This document shows, in pieces, positions 35,364-46,700 of a stretch of 56,031 nt of DNA. The stretch comes from a virus (lineage: Duplodnaviria > Caudoviricetes), in IMG/VR virus record IMGVR_UViG_3300025653_000045, positions 1 to 56,031 of that record. One strand, given 5' to 3'. Within the stretch, counting starts at the first letter, position 1. Every line of letters starts with the position of its first letter. The translations under genes were made by a program, and so were the position numbers. The notes under the pieces are model-generated. The model worked only from the letters and a program-made list of their open reading frames with translations. It did no database searches and had not been told where the DNA came from.

Positions 35364-37027
35364 TGAAAGAGTTTTACTGGGTCACAGAAGAGACCCGACA
35401 ATTTATGGAGAAGGGTTACCTCGACCCTGGCCAGACGGTCGAAGAGAGGGTGAGAGAGATTGCCGATCACGCAGAGGCGATCCTTGAGAAGACTATGGAC
35501 GGGGCGTTCGACAACTTTGCCGATACGTTCTACGATTACATGAGCCGTGGCTGGTTTAGCCTGAGTACTCCAGTGTGGGTGAACTTCGGCAAGAACAAAG
35601 GCCTGCCTATCTCGTGTTTCGGCACCACTGTTCAGGACGATACGTTCGACATCCTGCGTGGCGCTGCAGAGATTGGAGCTATGAGTAAGGTGGGTGGAGG
35701 TACAGCTACGTACTTCGGAAACCTGCGTCCTCGTGGCGCTAAGATCAGCACAGGCGGAGAGACCAATGGGTCTGTATCCATGATGGAGTTGTTCAACACA
35801 ACAACCAACATCATCTCGCAGGGCAAGGTTCGTCGCGGTAGCTGGGCAGCTTACTTGGACGTGGAGCACCCAGACATCGAGGAATTCTTGCAGATCCGCA
35901 GCGAGGGGCATCCTATTCAGGACGTGTCGTTTGCAGTGTGCATCGGTGACGACTGGATGAAGGACATGATTCGTGGCGATCAAGAGAAGCGCTCTATCAT
36001 GGCCAAGATCCACAAGAAGCGAAGTGAGACAGGCTACCCATACATCTTCTTCCGTGATAACGTGAACAAAGATCGCCCAGACTACTACGTAGATAAGGGC
36101 ATGGAGATCAAGCACTCGCAGTTGTGTGCTGAGATTATGGAGTACACCGACGACACTAAGTCTTTCGTGTGCTGCTTGTCTTCAGTGAATGCGCTGCACT
36201 ACGACGACTGGAAAGGCACTGATGCTGTGCAGATCATGACAGCTTTTCTCGACGCAGTATACACTGAGTTCGTAGACAAGGCTAAGGATCTTCCATTCAT
36301 GGAGAAGGCTGTTCGTTTTGCTGAAGAGCACAGGTCTATTGGCATCGGAGTCCTAGGATATCACTCATACCTGCAGAGCAAAGGCATCCCGTTCGAGAGC
36401 GTCATGGCACGCAGCTTGAACAGGTCTATCTTCCGCTCTATCCAAGAGGCATCTGACAAGATGAGCCAAGCGTTGGCACTTATGGGTGGTGAGCCAGAGG
36501 TACTCAAGGGTTACGGCTTCCGTCACAGCACACGCATGGCAGTAGCGCCTACGACTTCGTCTTCGTTCATCCTCGGTCAGGTCTCACCATCTATCGAGCC
36601 GCTTCAGTCTAACTACTTCACAAAAGATTTGGCTAAAGGTAAGTTCACATACAAGAACCCTTATCTCAAAGACCTACTTGCTGAGAAGGGTAAGGACGAC
36701 GCAGCCACATGGAAGGATATCATGATGAAGGGTGGATCAGTACAGCATCTGGACTTCCTGGATCAGGAAGAGAAGGATGTGTTCAAGACGTTCGCTGAGA
36801 TCTCACAGATGGAGGTTGTGCAGCAAGCTGCCGATCGCCAGAAGTATATCGATCAAGGCCAGTCACTTAACGTCATGATCAGCGACGAGGTGCCCTTGAA
36901 GGACATCAACCAGCTGGTTATCAAAGCGTGGGAGCTTGGCATCAAGACCATCTACTATCAACGCGGTGTCAACCAGGCGCAGGCTGTTGGTAGGGATATC
37001 TTAAATTGCGCAGTGTGTGAGGCGTAG
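35363..37027 (+). CDS. nrdA: Ribonucleotide reductase alpha subunit, no ATP cone
   Basis: PISCF, QLCAEI, VCCLSS, APTTSSS, DQGQS, KTIYY, terminal CAVC. Confidence 0.95.
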   Translation: MKEFYWVTEETRQFMEKGYLDPGQTVEERVREIADHAEAILEKTMDGAFDNFADTFYDYMSRGWFSLSTPVWVNFGKNKGLPISCFGTTVQDDTFDILRGAAEIGAMSKVGGGTATYFGNLRPRGAKISTGGETNGSVSMMELFNTTTNIISQGKVRRGSWAAYLDVEHPDIEEFLQIRSEGHPIQDVSFAVCIGDDWMKDMIRGDQEKRSIMAKIHKKRSETGYPYIFFRDNVNKDRPDYYVDKGMEIKHSQLCAEIMEYTDDTKSFVCCLSSVNALHYDDWKGTDAVQIMTAFLDAVYTEFVDKAKDLPFMEKAVRFAEEHRSIGIGVLGYHSYLQSKGIPFESVMARSLNRSIFRSIQEASDKMSQALALMGGEPEVLKGYGFRHSTRMAVAPTTSSSFILGQVSPSIEPLQSNYFTKDLAKGKFTYKNPYLKDLLAEKGKDDAATWKDIMMKGGSVQHLDFLDQEEKDVFKTFAEISQMEVVQQAADRQKYIDQGQSLNVMISDEVPLKDINQLVIKAWELGIKTIYYQRGVNQAQAVGRDILNCAVCEA

Positions 37028-37031
37028 TGCT

Positions 37032-37039
37032 TATATTTG
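37032..37039 (+). promoter_or_regulatory. -7 promoter element TATATTTG with no downstream ORF
   Basis: Immediately after the nrdA stop. Confidence 0.55.
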
Positions 37040-37079
37040 CAACGTTACACAGGGATAATTGCTGTGGAACTTCGCTACG

Positions 37080-37112
37080 GGGTCGGCTGCTTAATTGCGG
37101 TCGACCCTTATT
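37080..37112 (+). terminator. Hairpin/terminator between convergent modules
   Basis: GGGTCGGCTGC-ttaatt-GCGGTCGACCC, 11 bp with two G-U pairs on the plus strand. Confidence 0.7.
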
Positions 37113-37317
37113 GCATCTGATTCTTAGCGAGCAACAATTTAATCTCTTGAATATCAGTGAGGAGCTGTTTAATGTTATCCTTAAACTCTTTGTTGTCTGA
37201 CTCAAGAGAATAAACTCTAGCGGACAACCTGTTGTAATCAGCTTGAAACTTTATCCACCCACCGATAAGTGATCCAGCGACCACAAGAAACTCAAAGTGT
37301 GACAGGTAATCCTCCAT
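37108..37317 (-). CDS. Small membrane protein with coiled coil (lysis-associated?)
   Basis: One hydrophobic helix followed by heptads. Confidence 0.6.
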   Translation of the reverse strand: MEDYLSHFEFLVVAGSLIGGWIKFQADYNRLSARVYSLESDNKEFKDNIKQLLTDIQEIKLLLAKNQMQ

Positions 37318-37763
37318 TATTTTCTAGCTTTTTCTATCGTTCGACCAGCAAAGTAAGCACCGAATGCGGTCAGCATAAGAATTTCCAACAAAGATACATA
37401 ACTATCTTTGACGTTAAATGGCAGATTATCAATGGAATCCGCTATCATAGTTGCCATAAACATTACCATAAGGCAGATCAAAGTAACTGGCCTGATGAGC
37501 TTTGCGAGCTTCACATCGCTACTCATGTCAGCTTCCCATCTCCTAGATACTTCCTTCTGATAAGCAACCTCAGCATCCAACATTGCCTTAGCTTCAGCTG
37601 GATCAATCCCTGGCTCTTTGTCTAGCAAGTTCTTAACCACACCGAGGGCCCCGCTATCTGGTAGCAGATCCCCTACGGTGCTGAGTACTCCTGGTGCTTT
37701 CTCTTTAAGCCAAGCCCCAAGCTTGGTATCCTTAATCTTCTTCCTGTTGTTCTCCTGACTCAT
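37317..37763 (-). CDS. Putative holin (3TM-holin-like)
   Basis: RWEADM..IRP, two hydrophobic helices, AYFAGRTIEK end. Confidence 0.65.
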   Translation of the reverse strand: MSQENNRKKIKDTKLGAWLKEKAPGVLSTVGDLLPDSGALGVVKNLLDKEPGIDPAEAKAMLDAEVAYQKEVSRRWEADMSSDVKLAKLIRPVTLICLMVMFMATMIADSIDNLPFNVKDSYVSLLEILMLTAFGAYFAGRTIEKARK

Positions 37764-40700
37764 AGATTTCTTGGATTATATCGAGGACTGCGAGGGTGTG
37801 GTTCTTGAACTGTCTTCCATCGTACTCCTTGACTGAGTTGTACATGTCATTAATCTGATCCATGGCTTCGACTCTTTCGTCGTCACTCATGTATTGGTAG
37901 TCAACGCTGTTGATCAGCATCTCCAGTTGTTGGTATCTCTCCTTACCTGCGATAGCCATGAGTCTGTTCAGCTGCTCTGTGTTGAAGTACACGCCGCTGT
38001 CGACAAACTTCTGATCGTCCAGGTAGCTGTAGTCCCTGCCCGCAGCCCTTAGAGCGAGGCGCTCTTTATTGCTTGAGATATTTGGCACGCTGACCTTGCG
38101 CTTCTTCGCAAACGAAGGAGTAGAAACAGCCTTGGAAATGTTACCTGTAGACTCCATGAGTCTGTAGATCTCTTGAGATACGGCGTCGTCCTCACCTTGT
38201 CTGAGCTTGGTCACATCGAATAACTGATACATCCATCCGACATTACCTCTTGGGTTCTGCTTGATTGGGTTGCCCTTCCAGTCTACTCGGATTGGGATCT
38301 CTGCCCCTCCAAACGTGCGCTCCTTGATGGTGTACTCAATGTTTTTCATCATGCGCTCACCCATATCCATGTCCTTTGTAGACCTCTTATCTGGCATAAA
38401 CTCACGAGTAGCTCTGTGAATTGCGCTGAACTGGTTCGGGAATGGTACTGACAAGGCAACGTTGGCTACGCTGTTCATAAGGTTCTCTGCGGATCTCTCT
38501 ACATTTCCTCCAGCGAGAACTTGCAAGAAATCGTTAAGGCCCTGCAAGAAGCTTTGCTCCATCATAGATCCTGCTGCAGTCAGAGGTCCAAGACCGACCA
38601 TGTCTGAGAACATGTGCTTAGCGAAATCAATGGCTCCATCGTAGTCTCTTTCTCTCAACTCTTCCTTGTCGTATCCAACTGCCACGGCAGCCATAAGAGC
38701 GCCTGGGGTTCCCAGCTTCATGTAGTTAACAAACTCATCGTCAGGCTGCTTCGCAGGGTCTTCTCCAGACAACATGCGCTTAAGAGCGGAAATGTTGATG
38801 CTAGTCGGAGGGAACTGATCGTAAGCAAGGTTCTTCTCCTCTTCTTCATCCCATTGAACTGGACCAGACATGATTCCTTCTGCGAGCAGCATAACCGCTG
38901 TCTCTGTGACAACAGCTCCGATGATGCCTTTCGCCATGTTCCTAGAAGCCTCGTCTAGATCTCCCTTGTTGAGGTCCGATGCTGCTCTGGCAGCAGCCAC
39001 AACAGGGGACGCAAAGGTTGCACTCTCTAAAAGGATGTTAGCAGGTGTGCTTCGGAATGGAATCATGAATCTCAAAAGAGCTTTGGCTGTCTGCTCTCCA
39101 TTGACGTATGGCAAGACGTCCATTGCCGCTCCGAGCTTCTGTTCTATGAATGAAATAGATTCGTTAACACCCTTTGAGAATCCTGTTTCTTCTTGGAATG
39201 TAATCCTTCTGCCTGCCGTTCTAGCTCTCTCAGCGTTCTTTCTTGGCGGGTGCTTCAGGAAGTCTGTGAGCGCCTCGCCCTCAAGACCCAGAGCCTTAGC
39301 TTGCTCGTACAAGTTCTTGTCTTCGAAGTACTTTCTAAACGGAGTATCACCGAAAGAAAGCATTCTAAACATCACCTCAGCAGGAACACCGAAGGTTCCT
39401 TGGAATGCAAGCTTAGCTCTCTGGCTAGGCGGAATGTCTCCTTCGCTGATAGCGGCCATGAGTGATCTCATAGGCATCATGCCTCTAGACTGACGCCACT
39501 CAGTAGTGTCTTTGTCTTGGCCTGTGATAACCTGATCGATGGTGTCGATCATGTTCTTACCCATGTGAGTCATCGCATAGAAGTACGCACTCAAAGAAAC
39601 TTGTCTGTCTACGTCGTACTCTTTCCCAGCAAGCTTAGCGATTGAGTTAGAGAAAGCTCTTACTGGAGCTGATGTCAGATCGACGCCTACGTCGAATACA
39701 GAGTTGACCGCGTTAGCCACAACGTTGGTTACTTGTGACATGGTTGTCAACAAGTTACCCTGTGCCACCTGACCTAATAGTTCACCCCATCCGCGCTCGA
39801 TAACCACGTTTGTAAACGTATCCATCTCACGCTCCACTGCCTTGAGTCTTTTGACAGCATCCTCAAGCTCCTTGCTGACTCTCTCTCCTTTTATTGCTCT
39901 AGTTTGAAGATCTTCTACTTCGGCTTGAGCTTGGAACATTCTGGCCGCGAGGTCTTTTAGTTTGGCTTCACGCTCAGGGTTGAGGCTGTTTCCTTTAGCC
40001 TCTACTGCAGCAGTGATGATGTCAACCATCCCTTTAGGAGAGCTCTTCTTTACTTCTCTGAAGTGGCGGAGCAATCTACCTGCAGTAGTACCCATAGCTC
40101 CCATCTCAGCAATGAGGTCTGGGATTGAGTCAGCTTCACCTCTAGCCACAGCCCTAGCTAATCGCTCAGCTTGAGCGAGAACCGAGAGGTTGTCGTTCAT
40201 CATGGAGATGGCCCCAAGCTGCTCATCGTTTACGATGTCAAGGAGCTCCTTATCGGTCAGATCTTGGACATCCTTCTTAAGCTCTTTAAGTTTTTGAGGG
40301 ATGATGTAGTTCCTTGGGTCCTTTACAATCTTAGATCTGATGTCAGGTGAGAACTGGCTCTTTCTCCTCTTCACTCCATCACGCATCTTCTTCTTTGTGT
40401 TGACAGAGATCGCAGCTCGCTCCATGGCTCCAGCCATATTGCTCGCAACCTCAGACTCCGATGCGGCTACCTCAGAAGAAATCACCATGTTGTCATACTC
40501 CGCTTCAAGCTTTTCTCTTGAGTCAAACTCCATGCCCAAAACTCCCTTTGCATATCCTTCGAATCTAGCAACAGCTTTGTCGTATTTAGGCCCACGAGTT
40601 GTTCTCTTTACTCTCGATTCTTCTGACTCGATTCTACCTCTATCGAGCACTGGGTCTGACATATCGTAGTATTCGATCTTGCCTCGCAAGAACACATCGC

Positions 40701-43700
40701 TTCCGATGATGGTCGCCTCTTCAGCAGACTTGATCGGCCTACCAGCCATGTCCACGAATACATTGTGGCGGAACGGATTGAACTTGGCTCTAACCCCGTC
40801 ATAATTAAGGTCAGTTCCCGAAGCAACGAATTCGCCATTGACACTCGCCATAGGGAACTTGTTCTCTTGGAACGTAACAATCTTCTCTCTCGCATTCTGG
40901 TTTACATACAGTTCTGCATTCTTAACTGTAACGGCTGGTGCGTACGTCAAGGCTTCTCCAGTAGCGCTCTTGTCGTGTACAGTCTGCACTGGAACGCCTG
41001 TGTTCTTCATGACGTTCAGGTTGAGTCTAACCCCAACCTTGCGTCCAGCCTCTACATTTATACCCTTCGCCAAGATTCTTCTTGATGTAGCATCTGTAGC
41101 CAAGGCGTCGTCCACCATAAGCTGGCTCATGTTCACTTCGTTACCTCTCACCTTCATGGAAGTCGCTGTCTCTTTATCTCTATCTCTGTAGAGTTGGCTT
41201 TCAGAAGCGTCGATAGAAGCTCTCTCTTGCTTAGTCAAAAGCTTTCTTCCTGGAGTAGGCATGATCTTTTCAGACTGAGGGTCTACTTCTTCAAAGTTTA
41301 TCGTAAGCTGCTCTGATTGCGCCTTATCGAGGTCGACCATAGAGAAGTCTGACTGAGCAGATCTTTCCATAGCTGATTTGTAATCACTGACAAATGGCTT
41401 TCCCTGATAGCTGCTCATAGAGTAGATGCCATCATGGTACATGATCTGCTGAACTTGGAATGGCGTGAGCCCCATTTTCTTAGCTACCAGCTTCACAAGC
41501 TTAGTAGACTCCAGATCTGTTTCTTTGTCGAATTGTCTAAGCTTTTCGATCTCATTGCCGATCAAGTCGTTGTACACTCTTCTTGCACCTCCAACGATAG
41601 CGTTATCCCCTGAAGCTTTTAGCTTTCTTATCTCTGCAAAAATCTCTGCGTCAGAGCTCATAGCGTTAAGGCTAGCTCCGAGCGCATTTAAGCGTGCAAT
41701 AGCGGACGTTCTAGTTGCTTCTGATATGACGAGTCCATCTGAAAAATCGGTGAGGTTAAACCTGCCTCTAAAGATGTTGACTTGATCTCTGAAGTGACCG
41801 TCCTTCGGGATGGCGTTCTTATCCCCCATGTTCCCAGCAGCTAGTTCAGAAAGCTTTACGGAGTCCTTACCGATCATCGAAGCCAAAGCGAGCTTGCCAT
41901 CCGCATCTCTCTTCAGCGCTTCTTCCTTAAACGCTTTCTCGTCAAAGACTCCGTCCTTCGTGAACCTCTTCACGATCTCGTTGATGTCTCTCAGGTGATT
42001 AGACATGGTGTTAGCCCTGTCTCCTCTCACGTATCCCAGTGTACCTTCCTGCTCTCTTTTGGCAATAGCTTCGATTCTGCTCGGACGGATAAAGTCTGTT
42101 GCTCCACTTTGAATTCTCTTCACCCCAGAAGCAAATAGCTGTATCGCAAGGTTCAGATTTGGATCGATCTTTGACCCGTTAGAAGTATAAGCAACAAGCA
42201 AATCGTACACGATTCCAAAAGCCCTTGGGTCCATACGGACTTCTGGGTCTTCGGCAACTGCATTCATGACAGTATCCCTCCCCTTATTGTAGCTCCCATC
42301 CACATCTGCTACATCAATGCCTGTATTTCTAAGGATGTGCTGTCTTGCTACATCCAGAGCTTGCGCTGCCACTTCGACGCTTTGATCAAGAGTTGGATTT
42401 TCACCGATCATACCCTTAATAACGTGGCTCTCCATTTGCATAAGAGAAACCTTATCGTTTGCCGCGCATGTTCCAGATCCAACCGAGCACAAGTATTTTG
42501 CTTTGTTTTCAAGTTGAGATTCATGCCTAGCTGAAAGATCAGGGGTCGAGATAATCTTGTCCACAGTGAAAATAGCAGCACGCTCCGTGATCCCATCTCC
42601 ATCATCAATCCCGAACTCTTCGTTCATCTTATTGAACGCAGCCTCTACTTCTTCGAGTTCGACGTAGTCGTAAAGAATTTCCCAAGCGAACTCATACTCA
42701 TACTCAAAACCTCTGTCCTGCATGATGGTCTCTTTCTGTTCGTTGAGGTAATCAACGTCTTCTGCAGGCATCTCTTGAAGAACTCTTTTGAGGGCGTTGA
42801 TGTAGTCGGTCCCCATAAACGGCTCTTGACCTTGCTCTTTTCTGCGCTCAGTATTCAGCGTCTCGAAAAACTTAGAAAGAAGTCTTCTCTTTGCACTATT
42901 CTTTTCTTCTCTTGCCCGAGCCTTTTGTTCTGGGTATACTGGAGGCTTGAGCTTCCAGTTCTTCATGACGTCAGCATTGATAGGCTCCGTCGACCCATCT
43001 TCTTTGACCAACTTAAAGTAGTCATAACTTCTGAAGCCTCGACCCTTACCCATATTGGTCTTGTACTTCCACCAGTTAATGAACTGCCATTTGCCATTAA
43101 AGGTCATTCTCATGGGCTTACCGTCAGTCTCACCACCATCTATGTCCCTCTTGAAGGTCATCATCTCCACTACAAACGGAGTAGACTCAGGAAGTCTAGA
43201 TGGTGACAATGCGGCCCTCTCTGTATTGACGTCTTGAGCTGCTGATTTCACACTCAACACCTCTCCTGTTCTGATGGCTCGCTGAAGCTTTTTCAGCACA
43301 ACGTCTGCTTGGGAGATGTCTTGGATAAGCATAGCATCCTTACCGAGGGTTGCCTTCAAGAACTTATTAATGAGAACCCTAACCTTATCAAGAAGCTTAG
43401 GTTGAGATGCGTCGTAATTGACAAGCTCGGTTAGATATTCAAGAGCTTGCTCTTCTTTGATCTCTCCTTCACCAGCTTGACGCTGCTTCCTGTACTGCTC
43501 CCCTTTGACTTTAACCTGCTCAACAAGCTCTGGGTTGCCAGACTTCAAGGCAATCTCTTCTAGCCCATCTATAAGATCATAGACGGCCTGAGGATTATCC
43601 TTGAATGCCTTTCTAAGGGCAGGACCAATGGCAGCTGCATGCAGTACTTCCTCTGCGATGACAGCCCGTGGGTCCTTCCCTGCTTTTCTAGCTTCAGCTA

Positions 43701-46700
43701 AACGCTGCGAGTTCAGGTGGATCTCAAGACTTCCGTCTGCATTCTCAACCATCAACCCTAGGACTTCACCGCCCTTTCTTGAGGCCTTATCCCCAGACTC
43801 CTTTGTATTGTGAACTACAATCTTGTAGTTGGAGCCAGCGATAGCTTTGAGGTGAGGAACAAGGAATTTATTTACAAGTTTTACGTCTTTCTTTGTGAGT
43901 CCAGGCATAGACGTAATCCCAGCAGATCCGTCTTCTTTGGCTACGTATTCGTCGAACTGCCCCTGAATGCCTCTGATAGCTGATTCGCCTTGAGGCTGTT
44001 CTGCTTTCTGCTCTGGGGTTGGCTCTGCTACTGGCTCTGCTTGAGGGGATGGCTCTGCCTTGCGAGACTTAACCTCATCTACCTTTTGCAATGCGATGTC
44101 CATGCCAGCATCGTAGTCTGACACGACTTCGCCTTCTCCAACCTTACCTCTTCCAGGAGTAAAGAATACTACGTCTGGCTTATCCTTAAGCGGAGAGTCA
44201 GCATCATTCCATCCTTCTGGGGCGTACTCCTCGTTGAAGGGAATTCTAGCTACAGGTCTGAATCCGTTCTGTACGTACTGACGCTCCAGATCTGTGCCGT
44301 AGGCGTCAAAGAATGTACCTCCGTTTTCACGTCTTACTTGCTGGAGAGGTCTAGATACTCCCTTGAGTTCAGAGTCTGGAGACTTGAAGAGACCACCCAT
44401 GTATCCGTCACCCTTGACGTATGCACCAGCAGATCCATCCTCAGACACGAACAGCTTCCCACCTCCGTCTACAATGGATTGCGCTGTCTCAAGATCCACT
44501 TGGGATACCTGCAAGAACTTCTTGTCGCCTCTTTCTTTAGCCACCTCGAAGGCGCGAGACATGGCGTTAACATACTCCTCTGGAGTGGCCTCTCTAACTC
44601 CCTCTGGGGCTTTAGGTTTTGCATCGGCCTCAGCCTTTGGAGCGACTGGCCTCATGCCAAGGTGGTTGCGCAAGTTCTGCTCTGCTATAAATGCTTCTTC
44701 AGCGGCTTTACTGAGGCCCTCTGTTGGACCAGCTTGCGTGGCTGATGCTCCCTGCTCTTCTCTGAGAACTCTTCTCTTTGCCTCAACCTCACCCATTAGT
44801 CTGAGCGCATCTTTCTTGGCTTGTTTAGCCGCCTCTAGTCTCGCTGACAGATCATCCACTTGAGATGGATCTGCGCCCACCCCACCGAGATCTTCTTGAG
44901 CAGAATTGAGTGCTTCCTGAAGAGCAGTAACTTCCTCGCTCAAGCCTTCCATTTTCACCGCGATCCTGCCGTCTTCAAGCTTTGAAGATTCCTCAGCAGT
45001 GAGCTCCATGCTTTCACCTTTGTGTTTCGCTATCAGATTCTCTCTCTGATTGACAAGGTTAAAGATCTCACCCGTAAAAGCTTGAAGCTCTTGCTCTGAA
45101 GCCCCAGCTTCTTTCGCTCTCTTGTGCTTGATTTGTGTCTGTCTGACAGCCAGGTCGATATCGTTGATAGACTTCATGGTGCCTGGGTGACGAACCGCGA
45201 TCATCTGATAGAGACGCTCATTGTCCGCCCTGTTTCTCGCTCTTGACTTATCAAAGTCACTGGACATCATGTTGTCAAAAGATTGAGACTTATTGAGGGA
45301 CTCAATGTTTTGCTGGTCCTTAGATGTCATGTTGTTCTTCTCAACAACAGAGTTGGCGGCTGCCTGTGGGCGCCTAATAACTTCGGCTCCAGCTCTCAGC
45401 GTGGTTCTTACACCTCCTGGCGTGGCAATAGCCCCAGTGGATACAACACCCAATAGAAAGTTTTCAAGAACTCTTTCCGTGTAATCAGATTTGCTATAAT
45501 CAGCATTACCCAGAGCATCTTCGAATACCATCCTGCTCGTTTCCTGAAGAGCCTCAACACCGCCCTCAAGAATGGGGTCAGCCACGCCTTGCATCAGAAC
45601 GTATTTCTTAAATGCCTGGACAGCTGTTTCCTTTAGGGCTGGGTTTTTGGTGAGAGCTCTAAATCCCATGCTGGCGGCGCTACTTTGAATTGTGCCTCCA
45701 ACAGCAGTCAGACTACCATCCGTGATTGCCATGCCAGATCTGGCCAAGTTACCAGAAAAAGTATCTTCGAAGATTGGTTCAAGGCCCTCTTGAACCCTGT
45801 TGTAATCCTCCCTTTCTGAATCAATGTATGTGTTCTGTGCAGCCACCGAGCCAGACACAAGTCTTCCAATTGGGCCAAATGCGGCTGCTACGATATACGG
45901 AGAGCTCTCTCCGATAGTCTGAGTTCCTCTAGAAAAAATCTCCGCAGCGTCCCCCCAGTTGAATTCACCCTCAGGAATCTCAGCTAGTTTCTCGGTAATC
46001 GATGTGCCGTACTGAGTTTTCTCAGCCCTAAGGTCATCAGTGAAGTCAGCCAAAGCTTGATCAACCGCTCTGGTTACTGCTTTCTTTTGTTCTGGTGCAA
46101 AGATTTCAGCAACAGCCAAAGGCGCCTGCGCAAATGGTCCGAGCAAGGCGCCAGAAGATATTGGTCCAGAAAGAAAATCAATCGCTCCAGTGCCTAGTGA
46201 GATTGCGTTGTCTCTGAGGAAATCCACCCAGCCTCCGCCGAAACCAGTAATTTCGTTGTACCTGTTGTCACCATCAAGAGGAATCGCAAGCCCGAACTTA
46301 TCGTACAGCTTGTTAGCGTAGTCTTCTTTGTCTACGTCAGCACCACCAATACGCTCATTAATCTCATCAGCATACCCGCTCAACAACTGAAGCTGCTGCT
46401 TGCGCGATTCTGACTGGAAGAGGTTGTTGATGTCTGCTTGCTTCTGAGCATCAGACTTGTCTGGGTTTGCCGAGATCTCATTGATCTTTCGGCTAAACTC
46501 TTCTTGCTCCATCATGTCCGAGAACATGGAGCTTTGATCCTGTGCGAATCGATTAGAGAACTCGTCTCCAATCGTCTTCAAGCTTAGGTCTGGTGGTGAT
46601 ACAGGTTCAGGCGCCTGGGTCTGTAATGAAGAAGCCAATTCTTCTTCCGAAGGCACGGAGGTTATAGACTGTATAGTTTGCTCCCCTGATTCTGCTGAAT

